DNA of 64,000 bases from Salinispira sp. (lineage in GTDB: Bacteria; Spirochaetota; Spirochaetia; DSM-27196; Salinispiraceae). Every line of letters begins with the position of its first letter. Position 1 is the first letter of the stretch. The stretch covers positions 3,616,001 through 3,680,000 of the forward strand of contig OZ271918.1 in assembly GCA_965602015.1 (NCBI GenBank), in the 5' to 3' direction. Of the stretch, positions 45,827-55,284 are shown in pieces. Both the position numbers and the translations under genes were made by a program. Below the pieces are notes generated by a model. That model made no database searches. It worked only from the letters and a program-made list of their open reading frames with translations, and was not told where the DNA came from.

Positions 45827-46548
45827 GCACCCTGCAGGTGTCGAATCTCCAAAAACGATACGGGAAGAAACAGGTTCTCCGCGGCATCGATTTTTCGATG
45901 CACGAGGGAGAAGTGGTCGGGCTCCTGGGCCCCAACGGCGCGGGCAAGACCACCTGTTTTTACAGCATTGTCGGCTTTATCCAGCCCAGCGCCGGGGAAA
46001 TCCTGCTTAACGACCACGACATCACTTCCCTTCCTATGTATCGACGAGCCCGCCTGGGAATCAGCTATTTGGCCCAGGAGGCGTCGGTGTTCCGCAAGCT
46101 CAGCGTTGAAAACAATATTTGGGCTATTTTGGAGAACCGCCGGGATTTGAGCAAAGATGAGCGGCGGCGCAAGCTGGAGGGCCTGTTGGCGGATCTCGGC
46201 CTTGAGGATAAGCGCAGGCAGCCCGCCTATACCCTCAGCGGCGGAGAGCGGCGGCGGACGGAAATCGCCCGGAGCCTGGCAATCGATCCGCATTTTCTTC
46301 TGCTTGATGAGCCCTTTGCCGGCATCGACCCCATTGCAGTACATGAGATAAAAAGCATCATTGCCGATCTCAGCAAAAAAAATATTGGAATCCTTATAAC
46401 CGATCACAATGTGAGGGACACCCTCGAGATTACCCACCGGTCCTTCATACTCAAAGACGGTGAGATTGTCGCCCAGGGCAGCAGGGAGGAGATTATCGAA
46501 AACCAGCTTGCCCGGCAGGTGTATCTCGGCGAGTCTTTTCGGGCCTAA
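45823..46548 (+). CDS. lptB: LPS export ABC ATPase LptB
   Basis: GPNGAGKTT, LSGGERRR, LLDEPFAGIDP, TDHNVRDTL. Confidence 0.97.
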   Translation: MSTLQVSNLQKRYGKKQVLRGIDFSMHEGEVVGLLGPNGAGKTTCFYSIVGFIQPSAGEILLNDHDITSLPMYRRARLGISYLAQEASVFRKLSVENNIWAILENRRDLSKDERRRKLEGLLADLGLEDKRRQPAYTLSGGERRRTEIARSLAIDPHFLLLDEPFAGIDPIAVHEIKSIIADLSKKNIGILITDHNVRDTLEITHRSFILKDGEIVAQGSREEIIENQLARQVYLGESFRA

Positions 46549-46563
46549 GCCGTCGCCCGTTCG

Positions 46564-46592
46564 TTGACAAACGGCTTCGGCTAACCCACAAT
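46564..46592 (+). promoter_or_regulatory. Sigma-70 promoter of rpoN
   Basis: TTGACA-N17-CACAAT. Confidence 0.55.
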
Positions 46593-46617
46593 TAATTACA
46601 CGGAATCCCATTCGGAG

Positions 46618-48015
46618 GTGCGGGTGCAGTATCAGAGACCGGCTCTGGTCCAGACGCAAAAACTCAAACTCAGTCCTCAAATGCTGCAGAGCATTCAGAT
46701 TATGGCTCTGCCCTTGCAGGATCTCAAACTGCGCATCGAAAAAGAGCTGGACGAAAACCCCGCCCTCGAGGTCCTGGAAGACCGGGAAACCGTTTCCCTG
46801 GATTCGGTTCCGGAAAAGGCAACCGATCAGGAAACCGAGTCTTATTTTGAAAACTCCTCCGATCCCGGCTTCATTCGCAGCTCGTCATACGATCAGGAAG
46901 GCAGCGATGCCAAGCAGCAGTTCATGGAAAACGCCCTCTCGCGCCCTGAGAGCCTGAGAGAGCACCTTATTTGGCAGCTGCGTTTGCAGCCCATTCCCGA
47001 AGACTATTTTCAGGTCGGCGAGCTGCTCATCCGCAATCTCGACGAGAACGGGTTTTTTATCGAAGAACCGGAAGTCGTGGTTCCCTCCAGCCATCACGGC
47101 GCCATGAAGGAGCTCATCGCGCGGATTCAGCAATTCGAACCGGTCGGCTGCTGTACCCGGGATTATCTGGAAAGCCTGCAGGTTCAGGCAGCCCAGGTTG
47201 AAGGGGTGCCTGAGGCGATCTTTCCCATAATTGCCGGTCACCTTCCGGCCCTGAACAAGGGTAAATTCCGCGAGGTCGCCAAGGCCTTGGATATTTCTGT
47301 TGAGGAAGTGGAACATTGCCTGGAGATTATCAGGAAGCTGACGCCCTTCCCGGGGCGTGAGTACTCAAGCGCCGAACCCACCTATGTTATTCCCGACGTG
47401 GCGGTGACCCGGGAGAACGGCGAGTTTCGAATCGTCGTGAATGAGGAAGAAATTCCCGTGCTGGGCCTGAACAGTTTTTTCGACCAGATGATGCATGATT
47501 CCCGGGGCAAGCTCGAGGGAGAGGAGGCCGAGACCCGTAAGTTCGTGACCTCCAAGATCCGCGACGCCCGCTGGTTTATCAACAGCATTCAGCAGCGGCA
47601 CGACACCCTGAAGAAAGTAACCCTGGCCATTGTTGAGTATCAGCGCGAGTTTTTTCTCCACGGGCCAAAGAGTATCGTGCCCCTTACATTAAAAAATGTG
47701 GCGGACGATATCGGCGTGCATGAGGCCACCGTCAGCCGCCTCACCCGCGGGAAATACATGCAGACGGATTTTGGAATTTTGGAATTAAAATATTTCTTTA
47801 CCAACGCTGTGGCCGGAACCCGAAAGGGCGGCGGCAGCTACGGCAAGGAAGCGGTCAAGGCAATAATGCAGGAAATATTGGAGGCGGAAAAGGAAAAACA
47901 TCTTTCGGATCAGAAAATTTCAGATCTCCTCGAAAAACGGGGAATCAAAATCGCCCGGCGAACGGTGGCGAAATACCGCAAGGAACTGGATATTTCCTCT
48001 TCCTACAACCGTTAA
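46618..48015 (+). CDS. rpoN: RNA polymerase sigma-54
   Basis: Gln/Leu-rich region I, HEATVSR, RpoN box ARRTVAKYR. Confidence 0.98.
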   Translation: MRVQYQRPALVQTQKLKLSPQMLQSIQIMALPLQDLKLRIEKELDENPALEVLEDRETVSLDSVPEKATDQETESYFENSSDPGFIRSSSYDQEGSDAKQQFMENALSRPESLREHLIWQLRLQPIPEDYFQVGELLIRNLDENGFFIEEPEVVVPSSHHGAMKELIARIQQFEPVGCCTRDYLESLQVQAAQVEGVPEAIFPIIAGHLPALNKGKFREVAKALDISVEEVEHCLEIIRKLTPFPGREYSSAEPTYVIPDVAVTRENGEFRIVVNEEEIPVLGLNSFFDQMMHDSRGKLEGEEAETRKFVTSKIRDARWFINSIQQRHDTLKKVTLAIVEYQREFFLHGPKSIVPLTLKNVADDIGVHEATVSRLTRGKYMQTDFGILELKYFFTNAVAGTRKGGGSYGKEAVKAIMQEILEAEKEKHLSDQKISDLLEKRGIKIARRTVAKYRKELDISSSYNR

Positions 48016-48080
48016 AACGCAACGCCGGTCGAAGCAATTCACGGGGGCTTGGCACCCGGACAAACACATGGAGGATATGT

Positions 48081-48377
48081 ATGCGCGTAGACATCAAAGG
48101 TGTTCATTATCAGATTACCGATGTAACCCGAGAATTTCTCAACAGCAAGCTGGAAAAAATAGAATATGCCGATGATTACATTGTCGATCTGCTTTTTACT
48201 CTCACCAAGGACAACAACGACTGGGTCGCCGAAGTGAATGCGAATTTCCGTTGGGGAGTATCTGCACACCTGAAAGAAGCTACGTTTAATCTGCACGAAT
48301 CCATTGAGAAACTGATCGACCGCCTCGATCAAAAGATCCGGAAGGAAAAGGACAAGAAGCGGGATAACCACCGCTGA
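48081..48377 (+). CDS. hpf: Ribosome hibernation factor (short HPF/RaiA)
   Basis: Fold pattern and position after rpoN. Confidence 0.85.
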   Translation: MRVDIKGVHYQITDVTREFLNSKLEKIEYADDYIVDLLFTLTKDNNDWVAEVNANFRWGVSAHLKEATFNLHESIEKLIDRLDQKIRKEKDKKRDNHR

Positions 48378-48393
48378 TACAGGTGACGGCCGG

Positions 48394-49431
48394 ATGAAGT
48401 CCTTCAGCGTATTAGATCTTCTCAATCTCAATCATCAGGAACAGGATTCCCTGCAGCTCCGCTGTATTGCCGGTCGGCAGGGCCTGACCAGGGAGATTAA
48501 AATACCGGATCTCAACCGGCCCGGCCTTGCCCTGAGCGGTTTTTTTGACAACTTCGCCTTCGAGCGGATACAGATTTTCGGCCGCGGAGAGCACGCATAT
48601 CTTCAAAAAATACACGATGAGGAAAACAACAGCGAGCTCATTGCCAACATCAGGACCCTGTTTAGGTCGGATATTCCCTGCGCGGTGTTTACCCATGATC
48701 TTGACCCGAGCCCCGAGCTGACGATGATCGCGAAAGACACCGGGACGCCGGTGCTCCAGACCGAGCTGGCCACATCCGAGTTCAGCACCCGGGTCATGAG
48801 GGCCTTAAGCAATATTTTCGCAAAGACCATTACCACCCACGGCGTTCTGGTGGAAGTGTTCGGAATCGGCATTTTTATCACCGGAGACTCGGGGGTCGGC
48901 AAGAGCGAAACCGCCCTCGAGCTCATTCACCGGGGCCACCGCATCGTCGCCGATGATTCCGTGGAAATTAAAAATGTCGCGGGCAATATTCTCATGGGTG
49001 GGGGAGCCAATCGGGCCCTTGGACACCATATGGAAATCCGCGGCTTGGGCATCATCAATATCAGCCATTTGTTCGGCGTCGGCGCCATCAGGGAAACCAA
49101 GCAGATTCAGCTGGTTGTAGAGCTGGAGCCCTGGGATTCGGAGAAAGAGTACGACCGCATCGGTGCGGAGGAGAAGAAACGGGAAATTCTGGGCATTAAG
49201 GTGCCGTATCACATCATACCGGTGAAACCCGGCAGGAATATCCCGATCATCATAGAAACCGCCGCTATGAATGAGCGCCTCAAGAAAATGGGGTATTATT
49301 CCGCAAAAGAGTTCAATCAGTCAGTCATGAAATGGCTGGAGAGCGAGAACGCCCGGAAACTCTACATGCATAAGAAAGAGATGTTGGACAAGCTTCAGGA
49401 ACCGAATCTCGAAGTCGACGACCGTCGGTAA
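48394..49431 (+). CDS. hprK: HPr kinase/phosphorylase
   Basis: NRPGLAL, GDSGVGKSE, VADD, EIRGLGII, PGRN. Confidence 0.98.
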   Translation: MKSFSVLDLLNLNHQEQDSLQLRCIAGRQGLTREIKIPDLNRPGLALSGFFDNFAFERIQIFGRGEHAYLQKIHDEENNSELIANIRTLFRSDIPCAVFTHDLDPSPELTMIAKDTGTPVLQTELATSEFSTRVMRALSNIFAKTITTHGVLVEVFGIGIFITGDSGVGKSETALELIHRGHRIVADDSVEIKNVAGNILMGGGANRALGHHMEIRGLGIINISHLFGVGAIRETKQIQLVVELEPWDSEKEYDRIGAEEKKREILGIKVPYHIIPVKPGRNIPIIIETAAMNERLKKMGYYSAKEFNQSVMKWLESENARKLYMHKKEMLDKLQEPNLEVDDRR

Positions 49432-49496
49432 TATTGCGGCGCCTCTGAGGTGAGAAATTACTTTATCTCCAATACAATAAAGGATAAAATATCTAC

Positions 49497-49763
49497 ATGA
49501 CAGAAAAGCTGATTACGGTAAAAAACCGCGCGGGAATACATGCCAGGCCGGCCGCCATGATTGTACAGACCGCCGGGCAGTTCGATTCCCGAATATACTT
49601 TAAAAAAGATAATGAAGAGATCAATGCGAAATCCATTATGGGGGTCATCACCCTCGGCGCAGCGTACAATACTGAAATAATAATTTCCGCGGACGGTGAT
49701 GATGAGCAGGATGCGGTGGAGGCCATTACCCGGCTATTCGAGAGCCGTTTTGAAGAGGAGTGA
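49497..49763 (+). CDS. ptsH: Phosphocarrier HPr
   Basis: GIHARPA, NAKSIMG. Confidence 0.97.
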   Translation: MTEKLITVKNRAGIHARPAAMIVQTAGQFDSRIYFKKDNEEINAKSIMGVITLGAAYNTEIIISADGDDEQDAVEAITRLFESRFEEE

Positions 49764-50376
49764 CACCATCTTCTTTTTACGTTCCGGACGCCGCCGAGGA
49801 GCCATTTGCCCGGCGGTTTTTTTATGCCTGATCCCCGCCCTCATTGCTCTGGGGTCCTGTGTTCCGGCTCCGGAAACCGCCCCGCTGAATATTATGGTCA
49901 CGCCCATGCCCGGGAGAGGGGGCGTTGAGCTCCTGGCTCTCTGGGAGGGGCTTGGGGAACTGGCCGGAGAAGTCGGCCCCGAAGGACTCTTGAATTATCA
50001 GCTCGAATACCAGATCATTCTCCGAAACCGTGAGATTTTTGCCGGGCGGAAGAGCATGGGATATAGCGCGGAAATCGGCTATGATCCATTTAATAAGGTG
50101 TATTATCTGCTGGGGCCTGGCGAACAGCGTATAGTAAGCGAGGACCCTGAGCGCTTTGCCCGGGCACTTGCCCAACCGATGGTATTGACGGTTCCCGCAG
50201 CCGAGCTGACAGAATTGGGATGGGGGACCTTTGAGATCACCCTTGAGATCCGCAGTCATCATCGGGCATCCGACCCGGCTTTCGGACGTTGGCTGGTGCT
50301 GTTCAGCAACTATCGCCGGCGGGCATCCGGGGAGACCGAGTTTCCCTGGCTTCCCGCGGAGGGGAATGAATTGTGA
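49696..50376 (+). CDS. Hypothetical lipoprotein upstream of NtrY-like kinase (start uncertain, probably later)
   Basis: Lipobox-like LGSC; GTGA overlap with kinase. Confidence 0.55.
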   Translation: MMMSRMRWRPLPGYSRAVLKRSDTIFFLRSGRRRGAICPAVFLCLIPALIALGSCVPAPETAPLNIMVTPMPGRGGVELLALWEGLGELAGEVGPEGLLNYQLEYQIILRNREIFAGRKSMGYSAEIGYDPFNKVYYLLGPGEQRIVSEDPERFARALAQPMVLTVPAAELTELGWGTFEITLEIRSHHRASDPAFGRWLVLFSNYRRRASGETEFPWLPAEGNEL

Positions 50377-52133
50377 TCCAGAAATCGGCGAACAGCAGCC
50401 TGAGCAGTCTTATCAGTATCATATTTTTCTACTTTTTCCTGATCATACTTCTGGTTTTGTTTGCATCTCAGGTGCTTAATCGGGAGGCCGGGGAAGACAG
50501 CATATACGTGGTGATCCTCTGGTTCACCGCACTGATGGTGCCCATTGTCCTGCTTTTTAGCATCGTTTCCAATATTCTCCGGCTTCTGCGGGAGCGCCAC
50601 CGACGTACCCCGGGGGTGATGCTCAAGTCCAGGCTGGTTCTGTACTTCCTGTTGATAGTCCTTCTCTCTGCAGTTCCCCAGGGAATACTCAGCCTGAGCT
50701 TCATCCGGGTTATCGGCGATACCTGGTTTAATGACGAGATCGGCCAGGGTTTGCAGAACAGCCTGGATATTTCTGTCAGTGTCCAGCAGACTATGGTGGA
50801 CGATTTGAGGGATTTTATTTTTAATCCCCTTTTCGACAGCATCAGCCAGCGAGCGGCGGAAAATCCCGGTCGGTTTTTTACCCAACTGCAGCAAATACGG
50901 CCGTCGGTAGATGCGGTGCAGCTTTTTACCCGGGAAGGAGATGAGCTGTTTTTCGGGGGGGATGGATCCGCCCGGGTGGATTACGCCGATATTCTTCAAA
51001 GCCCCGACGGCCTGGTAATCCGGGATATCCGCGGTGACCGAAGCTATATCCGCATCAGAAGAAGCGTGAGCAGCGGCGGACAGGATGTCATTGCGGTACT
51101 CATGGAACAGCTGCCGGAGGGTTTCGGGCAGAAGACCCTGGAAATAGTGGCCGCCCTTAATCTCTTTACCCAGTACCGGGATATAAAAAACCTTTTGTAT
51201 ACCGGTATTCTGGTTTTTTACGGCGTGTTTTCACTTCCCCTGGTGTTCCTGGCAATTCTCACGGCATTTTATCTGAGCGATCTCCTCATTCAGCCCATTG
51301 CCAATCTTGAAGACGCAACCCGGCGGGTGGCCGAGGGGGATTTCGGCTTTCGGATACTTACCAGGTCGCGGGAGGAGCTGGGGCATCTTGTGGAATCCTT
51401 CAACAGCATGATTGCCGAACTTGAACGGTCCCGGAGCCAACTCCTGCAGAGCGAACGGGTATCGGCCTGGAAGGATATTGCCCAGCGTCTCGCCCATGAG
51501 ATAAAGAACCCCCTGACTCCCATCAAGCTTTCCGCTGAACGGCTCATCCGCAAGTACGAGCGGGAGAGCACCGATTTTCCCTCGGTTCTGGAAGGCAGCG
51601 TGCGGACAATTACCCGGGAGGTGGATCACCTCGCCGGGCTTCTCACCGAGTTCCGGGATTTCGCCAGACTTCCCTTTCCCCAGCCTCGTCAGGTGTCATT
51701 GGGTCTGATCATTGAGGACGCCCTGGAAATCCATCGTCGGCCGAATGTTGAAATAACCATGGAAAACATTGATGAGAACACCATGGTATTTGTCGATCCC
51801 GCGCAGTTCCGCCAGGTCCTGGGGAATCTCGTCAAAAATTCCGTGGAAGCCATCGGCGATAATCCCGGGGATATCCATTTCGAGAGCCGGGTGCTCAGTT
51901 CAGCCGGAAAGAAATTTCAGCGGATCAGCATCCAGGACAACGGGGTGGGGATGTCGGCGGAAAGGGCGAAGGAAATTTTTAATCCGTATTTCACCACAAA
52001 GGACAACGGTACTGGTCTGGGGCTTGCCATAGTGCAAAGAATTATTCAGGATCATAGCGGAGAAATATGGGTTGAAAGCGAGCCCGGGCAGGGCTGCCGC
52101 TTTTACATCGATCTGCCCCTCATGGAGGCTTGA
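50373..52133 (+). CDS. NtrY-like sensor histidine kinase (HAMP, HisKA, HATPase)
   Basis: AWKDIAQRLAHEIKNPLTPI, DNGVG, GTGLGL. Confidence 0.93.
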   Translation: MIQKSANSSLSSLISIIFFYFFLIILLVLFASQVLNREAGEDSIYVVILWFTALMVPIVLLFSIVSNILRLLRERHRRTPGVMLKSRLVLYFLLIVLLSAVPQGILSLSFIRVIGDTWFNDEIGQGLQNSLDISVSVQQTMVDDLRDFIFNPLFDSISQRAAENPGRFFTQLQQIRPSVDAVQLFTREGDELFFGGDGSARVDYADILQSPDGLVIRDIRGDRSYIRIRRSVSSGGQDVIAVLMEQLPEGFGQKTLEIVAALNLFTQYRDIKNLLYTGILVFYGVFSLPLVFLAILTAFYLSDLLIQPIANLEDATRRVAEGDFGFRILTRSREELGHLVESFNSMIAELERSRSQLLQSERVSAWKDIAQRLAHEIKNPLTPIKLSAERLIRKYERESTDFPSVLEGSVRTITREVDHLAGLLTEFRDFARLPFPQPRQVSLGLIIEDALEIHRRPNVEITMENIDENTMVFVDPAQFRQVLGNLVKNSVEAIGDNPGDIHFESRVLSSAGKKFQRISIQDNGVGMSAERAKEIFNPYFTTKDNGTGLGLAIVQRIIQDHSGEIWVESEPGQGCRFYIDLPLMEA

Positions 52134-53494
52134 TGCAGAGCATTCTGGTCATTGACGACGAGCAGGGCATCCGCGAAGTTCTCAGCGACATTCTCGTGGA
52201 TGAGGGATACCGGGTTCTGAGTGCAGCGGACGGGTATCAGGGTCTTGAAATGCTGAAGACCGAGCCCGTTGATCTTGTATTTCTCGATATCTGGCTGCCG
52301 GGGATCGGCGGCATTGAGGTGCTTCAAAAGATCAAGGATGAGTTTCCCGGCATCGAAGTCGTCGTAATAAGCGGCCATGCCAATATCGAAATGGCGGTGC
52401 GGGCTGTGAAACTCGGGGCCTACGACCTCCTTGAGAAACCCCTCAGCATGGATCGAATACTCCTCCAATGTCGCAACATTTTTGAGCTCGAGAAGCTGCG
52501 CCGGGAAAACAAGGTTCTCAAGGCTCAGCTCGGCGGGGAATGGGAGATGATCGGCGAAAGCCCGGGCCTCCAGGCGGTTCGCACCCGCATAGAACAGGCG
52601 GCGGGAAGCGATGCAACGGTTCTGATAACCGGGGAAAACGGAACAGGCAAGGAGCTTGCAGCCCGGGCTGTTCATCAGGGCAGCTCACGGAGGGGCAAGC
52701 CCTTCGTGGCGGTAAATTGCGCCGCCATACCCGACAACCTCATCGAAAGCGAGCTTTTTGGTCATGAAAAAGGCGCCTTCACCGGGGCCGTCGGCCGAAG
52801 GAAGGGAAAATTCGAGCTGGCTCACGGCGGAACCATCTTCCTGGACGAAATTGCCGATCTCTCCCTGCCGGCTCAGGCCAAAATCCTCCGCACAATACAG
52901 GAGCGGGTTATCGAGCGGCTCGGCGGTGAGGACAGCATTGCCGTTGACGTTCGCATTATTTCGGCGACAAATAAGGATATGAAGGCCATGATCGCCGACG
53001 GCAGCTTCAGGGAAGACCTGTATTACCGACTGCATGTCGTTCCGCTGGAAATGCCCCCGCTGCGCGAGCGCGGAAATGATCTCATTCTTCTCGCGAAACA
53101 CTTCCTGGTATTATTCGGCGCTGAGGATCGGGAGTTCGACGACGGGGCGATTAAAGCCCTGATCTCCTATCCCTGGCCGGGCAACATCAGGCAATTCCGG
53201 AATGTTATACAGCGCATTACCGTAATGGGAGACGACGGGATAATCGGGGCCGAGGCGGTGGAAGTGGCGCTTCGGGGAGAAATGCGGCTTTCGCCGGAAA
53301 CCGGAAATCCCTTGCTGGAGGACTTCGCACAAATGTCCCTCAGCGAGGCAAAAGATTCCTTTGAACGCCAGCTGATCCTTCAAAAACTTGAAGAGTCCGG
53401 TTATAATATCACCAAGGCCGCACAACTGCTGGGCATCTATCCGTCTAACCTCCATAATAAAATACGAAAGTTCGGCATAGATATGAAAAAATGA
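52130..53494 (+). CDS. NtrX-like sigma-54-dependent response regulator
   Basis: LDIWLP receiver, GENGTGKE, GAFTGA, Fis HTH. Confidence 0.95.
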   Translation: MMQSILVIDDEQGIREVLSDILVDEGYRVLSAADGYQGLEMLKTEPVDLVFLDIWLPGIGGIEVLQKIKDEFPGIEVVVISGHANIEMAVRAVKLGAYDLLEKPLSMDRILLQCRNIFELEKLRRENKVLKAQLGGEWEMIGESPGLQAVRTRIEQAAGSDATVLITGENGTGKELAARAVHQGSSRRGKPFVAVNCAAIPDNLIESELFGHEKGAFTGAVGRRKGKFELAHGGTIFLDEIADLSLPAQAKILRTIQERVIERLGGEDSIAVDVRIISATNKDMKAMIADGSFREDLYYRLHVVPLEMPPLRERGNDLILLAKHFLVLFGAEDREFDDGAIKALISYPWPGNIRQFRNVIQRITVMGDDGIIGAEAVEVALRGEMRLSPETGNPLLEDFAQMSLSEAKDSFERQLILQKLEESGYNITKAAQLLGIYPSNLHNKIRKFGIDMKK

Positions 53495-54093
53495 AAGGCT
53501 TAACAAAGCGACAGACCGAGGTTCTCAGTTTCATCAAGGGATATATCAAGGAGCATAAATTCCCGCCCACCGTGCGGGAGATTTCCGAAAATTTCTCAAT
53601 CTCAGTTCGCGGTGCCTATGATCACATCAAGGCCCTCGAGAAAAAACAGGTCCTTCGATGCGACAACATGCGCAGCCGGGCTATGGAAGTTATTGACGGA
53701 GCCCAGGACGATGAGGAGCTTTTGAGCAAGATTCCGATTCTGGGAACCGTTGCGGCGGGGAAGCCCATCAGTTCCGAAGAAAACTACGAAGGCTTTGTGA
53801 CCATGCCCCGCGATCTCATAAAGGGCAGCCGACACTTTGCGGTTCATGTCCGAGGAGACAGCATGATCGACGCCGGCATTATGGAGGGGGATCTTGCCAT
53901 CGTCCAGGAACAGAGCACCGCGGAAAACGGTGAAATCGTCGTGGCCATGATGGACGAGGCTGTCACGCTCAAGCGGTTTTACCGGGAGGCCAACCGGATA
54001 CGGCTTCAGTCGGAAAACCGGAAATACCCCCCGATTTATACCCGTGATCTGAGAATTCTCGGAACCCTTGCTCATATTATCCGCAGCTATTAA
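53491..54093 (+). CDS. lexA: LexA repressor
   Basis: PPTVREI, VAAG cleavage site, GDSM, TLKR. Confidence 0.97.
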   Translation: MKGLTKRQTEVLSFIKGYIKEHKFPPTVREISENFSISVRGAYDHIKALEKKQVLRCDNMRSRAMEVIDGAQDDEELLSKIPILGTVAAGKPISSEENYEGFVTMPRDLIKGSRHFAVHVRGDSMIDAGIMEGDLAIVQEQSTAENGEIVVAMMDEAVTLKRFYREANRIRLQSENRKYPPIYTRDLRILGTLAHIIRSY

Positions 54094-54105
54094 GATTCCC
54101 CAACT

Positions 54106-55140
54106 ATGAATCCAGTCTATGTGCTATACGGCCCGGAGTCCGGCGAGCGAATAAAAGCCATTGCCGCAATCCGCGACCAGCTCGCCTCAATCCACGGCGA
54201 CGGCCTCGAGGAAGTAAAATACTACGGAGGGGAAGATAGCCCGGGGAAAATCATTTCCGCCCTCAGCAACGGCGCCCTCTTCGCAAGCCACAGCCTGGCC
54301 GTGGTGGTCAATGCCGAGGCCATCACCAAAAAATCGGACATCAAACAGTTCGCCGACTACCTCGCCCGCAGGAATCCCGCTGTAACCCTGGTATTCACCA
54401 GCGAGGAAAGCCGGCTCGAAAAATCCCTCGTCAATCTCGCCGAGGAAAAAGCCCGGAAGATTTTCTGGGAGCTGTTCGAAAACCAGAAGGAAGGCTGGGT
54501 AGTCAGCTACCTCCGCAAGCGCGATGCGATCATCACCCCCGAAGCCCTGGAGCTCTTTCTTTCTCTGGTCGAGAACAACACCCAGGAAATGGGGCAGGAG
54601 CTGGAAAAGATTCTTCTGTTGGCCCCCGAGGGGCAGGAGCGCTTTACAATCGGGGAAGACCTGGTGGAAAACTATATCTACCACTCCAAGGAAGAAACGG
54701 TATACAGCCTTTTTGCGGCCTATGCCCGTCGGGACTTCACCGCAGCCCTCGAAATTCTTCAGAAGCTCAGGGGAGCAAAATCCGGCGAAGAAACGGGAAT
54801 CCTCATACGCATGGGTTTTCAGCTGCGGCAGCTCGCCAGCCTCAGCGCCATTCGCGATCAGCGCCCGGTGCAAAACAGCGATTATGTAAAATTAAAAATC
54901 TTCGGCAAAATCAACCAACGTCGATATGCCGAACTGCTTCCCGTGCTGGACAGCGCGGCTATCCGCGGGCACCTGGCGTCCTGCGGGGAGTTCGAGATGG
55001 AGCTTCGCCGGCAAAAATCCGCTATGCACTCCCACATTATTCAGCTTTGGCTGTATTCCCTGTTTTATCCGGTGAGAGGACGTCTTTCGGGGAAAACGGA
55101 CCGGCGACTATTCACCGTCAATTCCGACCGCTTTGTATAG
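54106..55140 (+). CDS. holA: DNA polymerase III delta subunit
   Basis: VYVLYGPE, ALF, QELEK pattern; 344 aa. Confidence 0.85.
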   Translation: MNPVYVLYGPESGERIKAIAAIRDQLASIHGDGLEEVKYYGGEDSPGKIISALSNGALFASHSLAVVVNAEAITKKSDIKQFADYLARRNPAVTLVFTSEESRLEKSLVNLAEEKARKIFWELFENQKEGWVVSYLRKRDAIITPEALELFLSLVENNTQEMGQELEKILLLAPEGQERFTIGEDLVENYIYHSKEETVYSLFAAYARRDFTAALEILQKLRGAKSGEETGILIRMGFQLRQLASLSAIRDQRPVQNSDYVKLKIFGKINQRRYAELLPVLDSAAIRGHLASCGEFEMELRRQKSAMHSHIIQLWLYSLFYPVRGRLSGKTDRRLFTVNSDRFV

Positions 55141-55284
55141 CCCGCAGGCGGCGGGCTTTTCCGGCCTTCCGGGGATATTTGGTGCCCCCAAAACAGCTGA
55201 TTTCGGAACACTAATCCCGCGCGTGTACCGGCGTCTTCCCCGGTCCTGCGGGTTTTGCGCTCCCTTTTTGTGATCTGCGAAGTC

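Noticed and set aside
48050..48066. Sigma-54 promoter before hpf (TGGCAC)
   Set aside because: No GC at the -12 position
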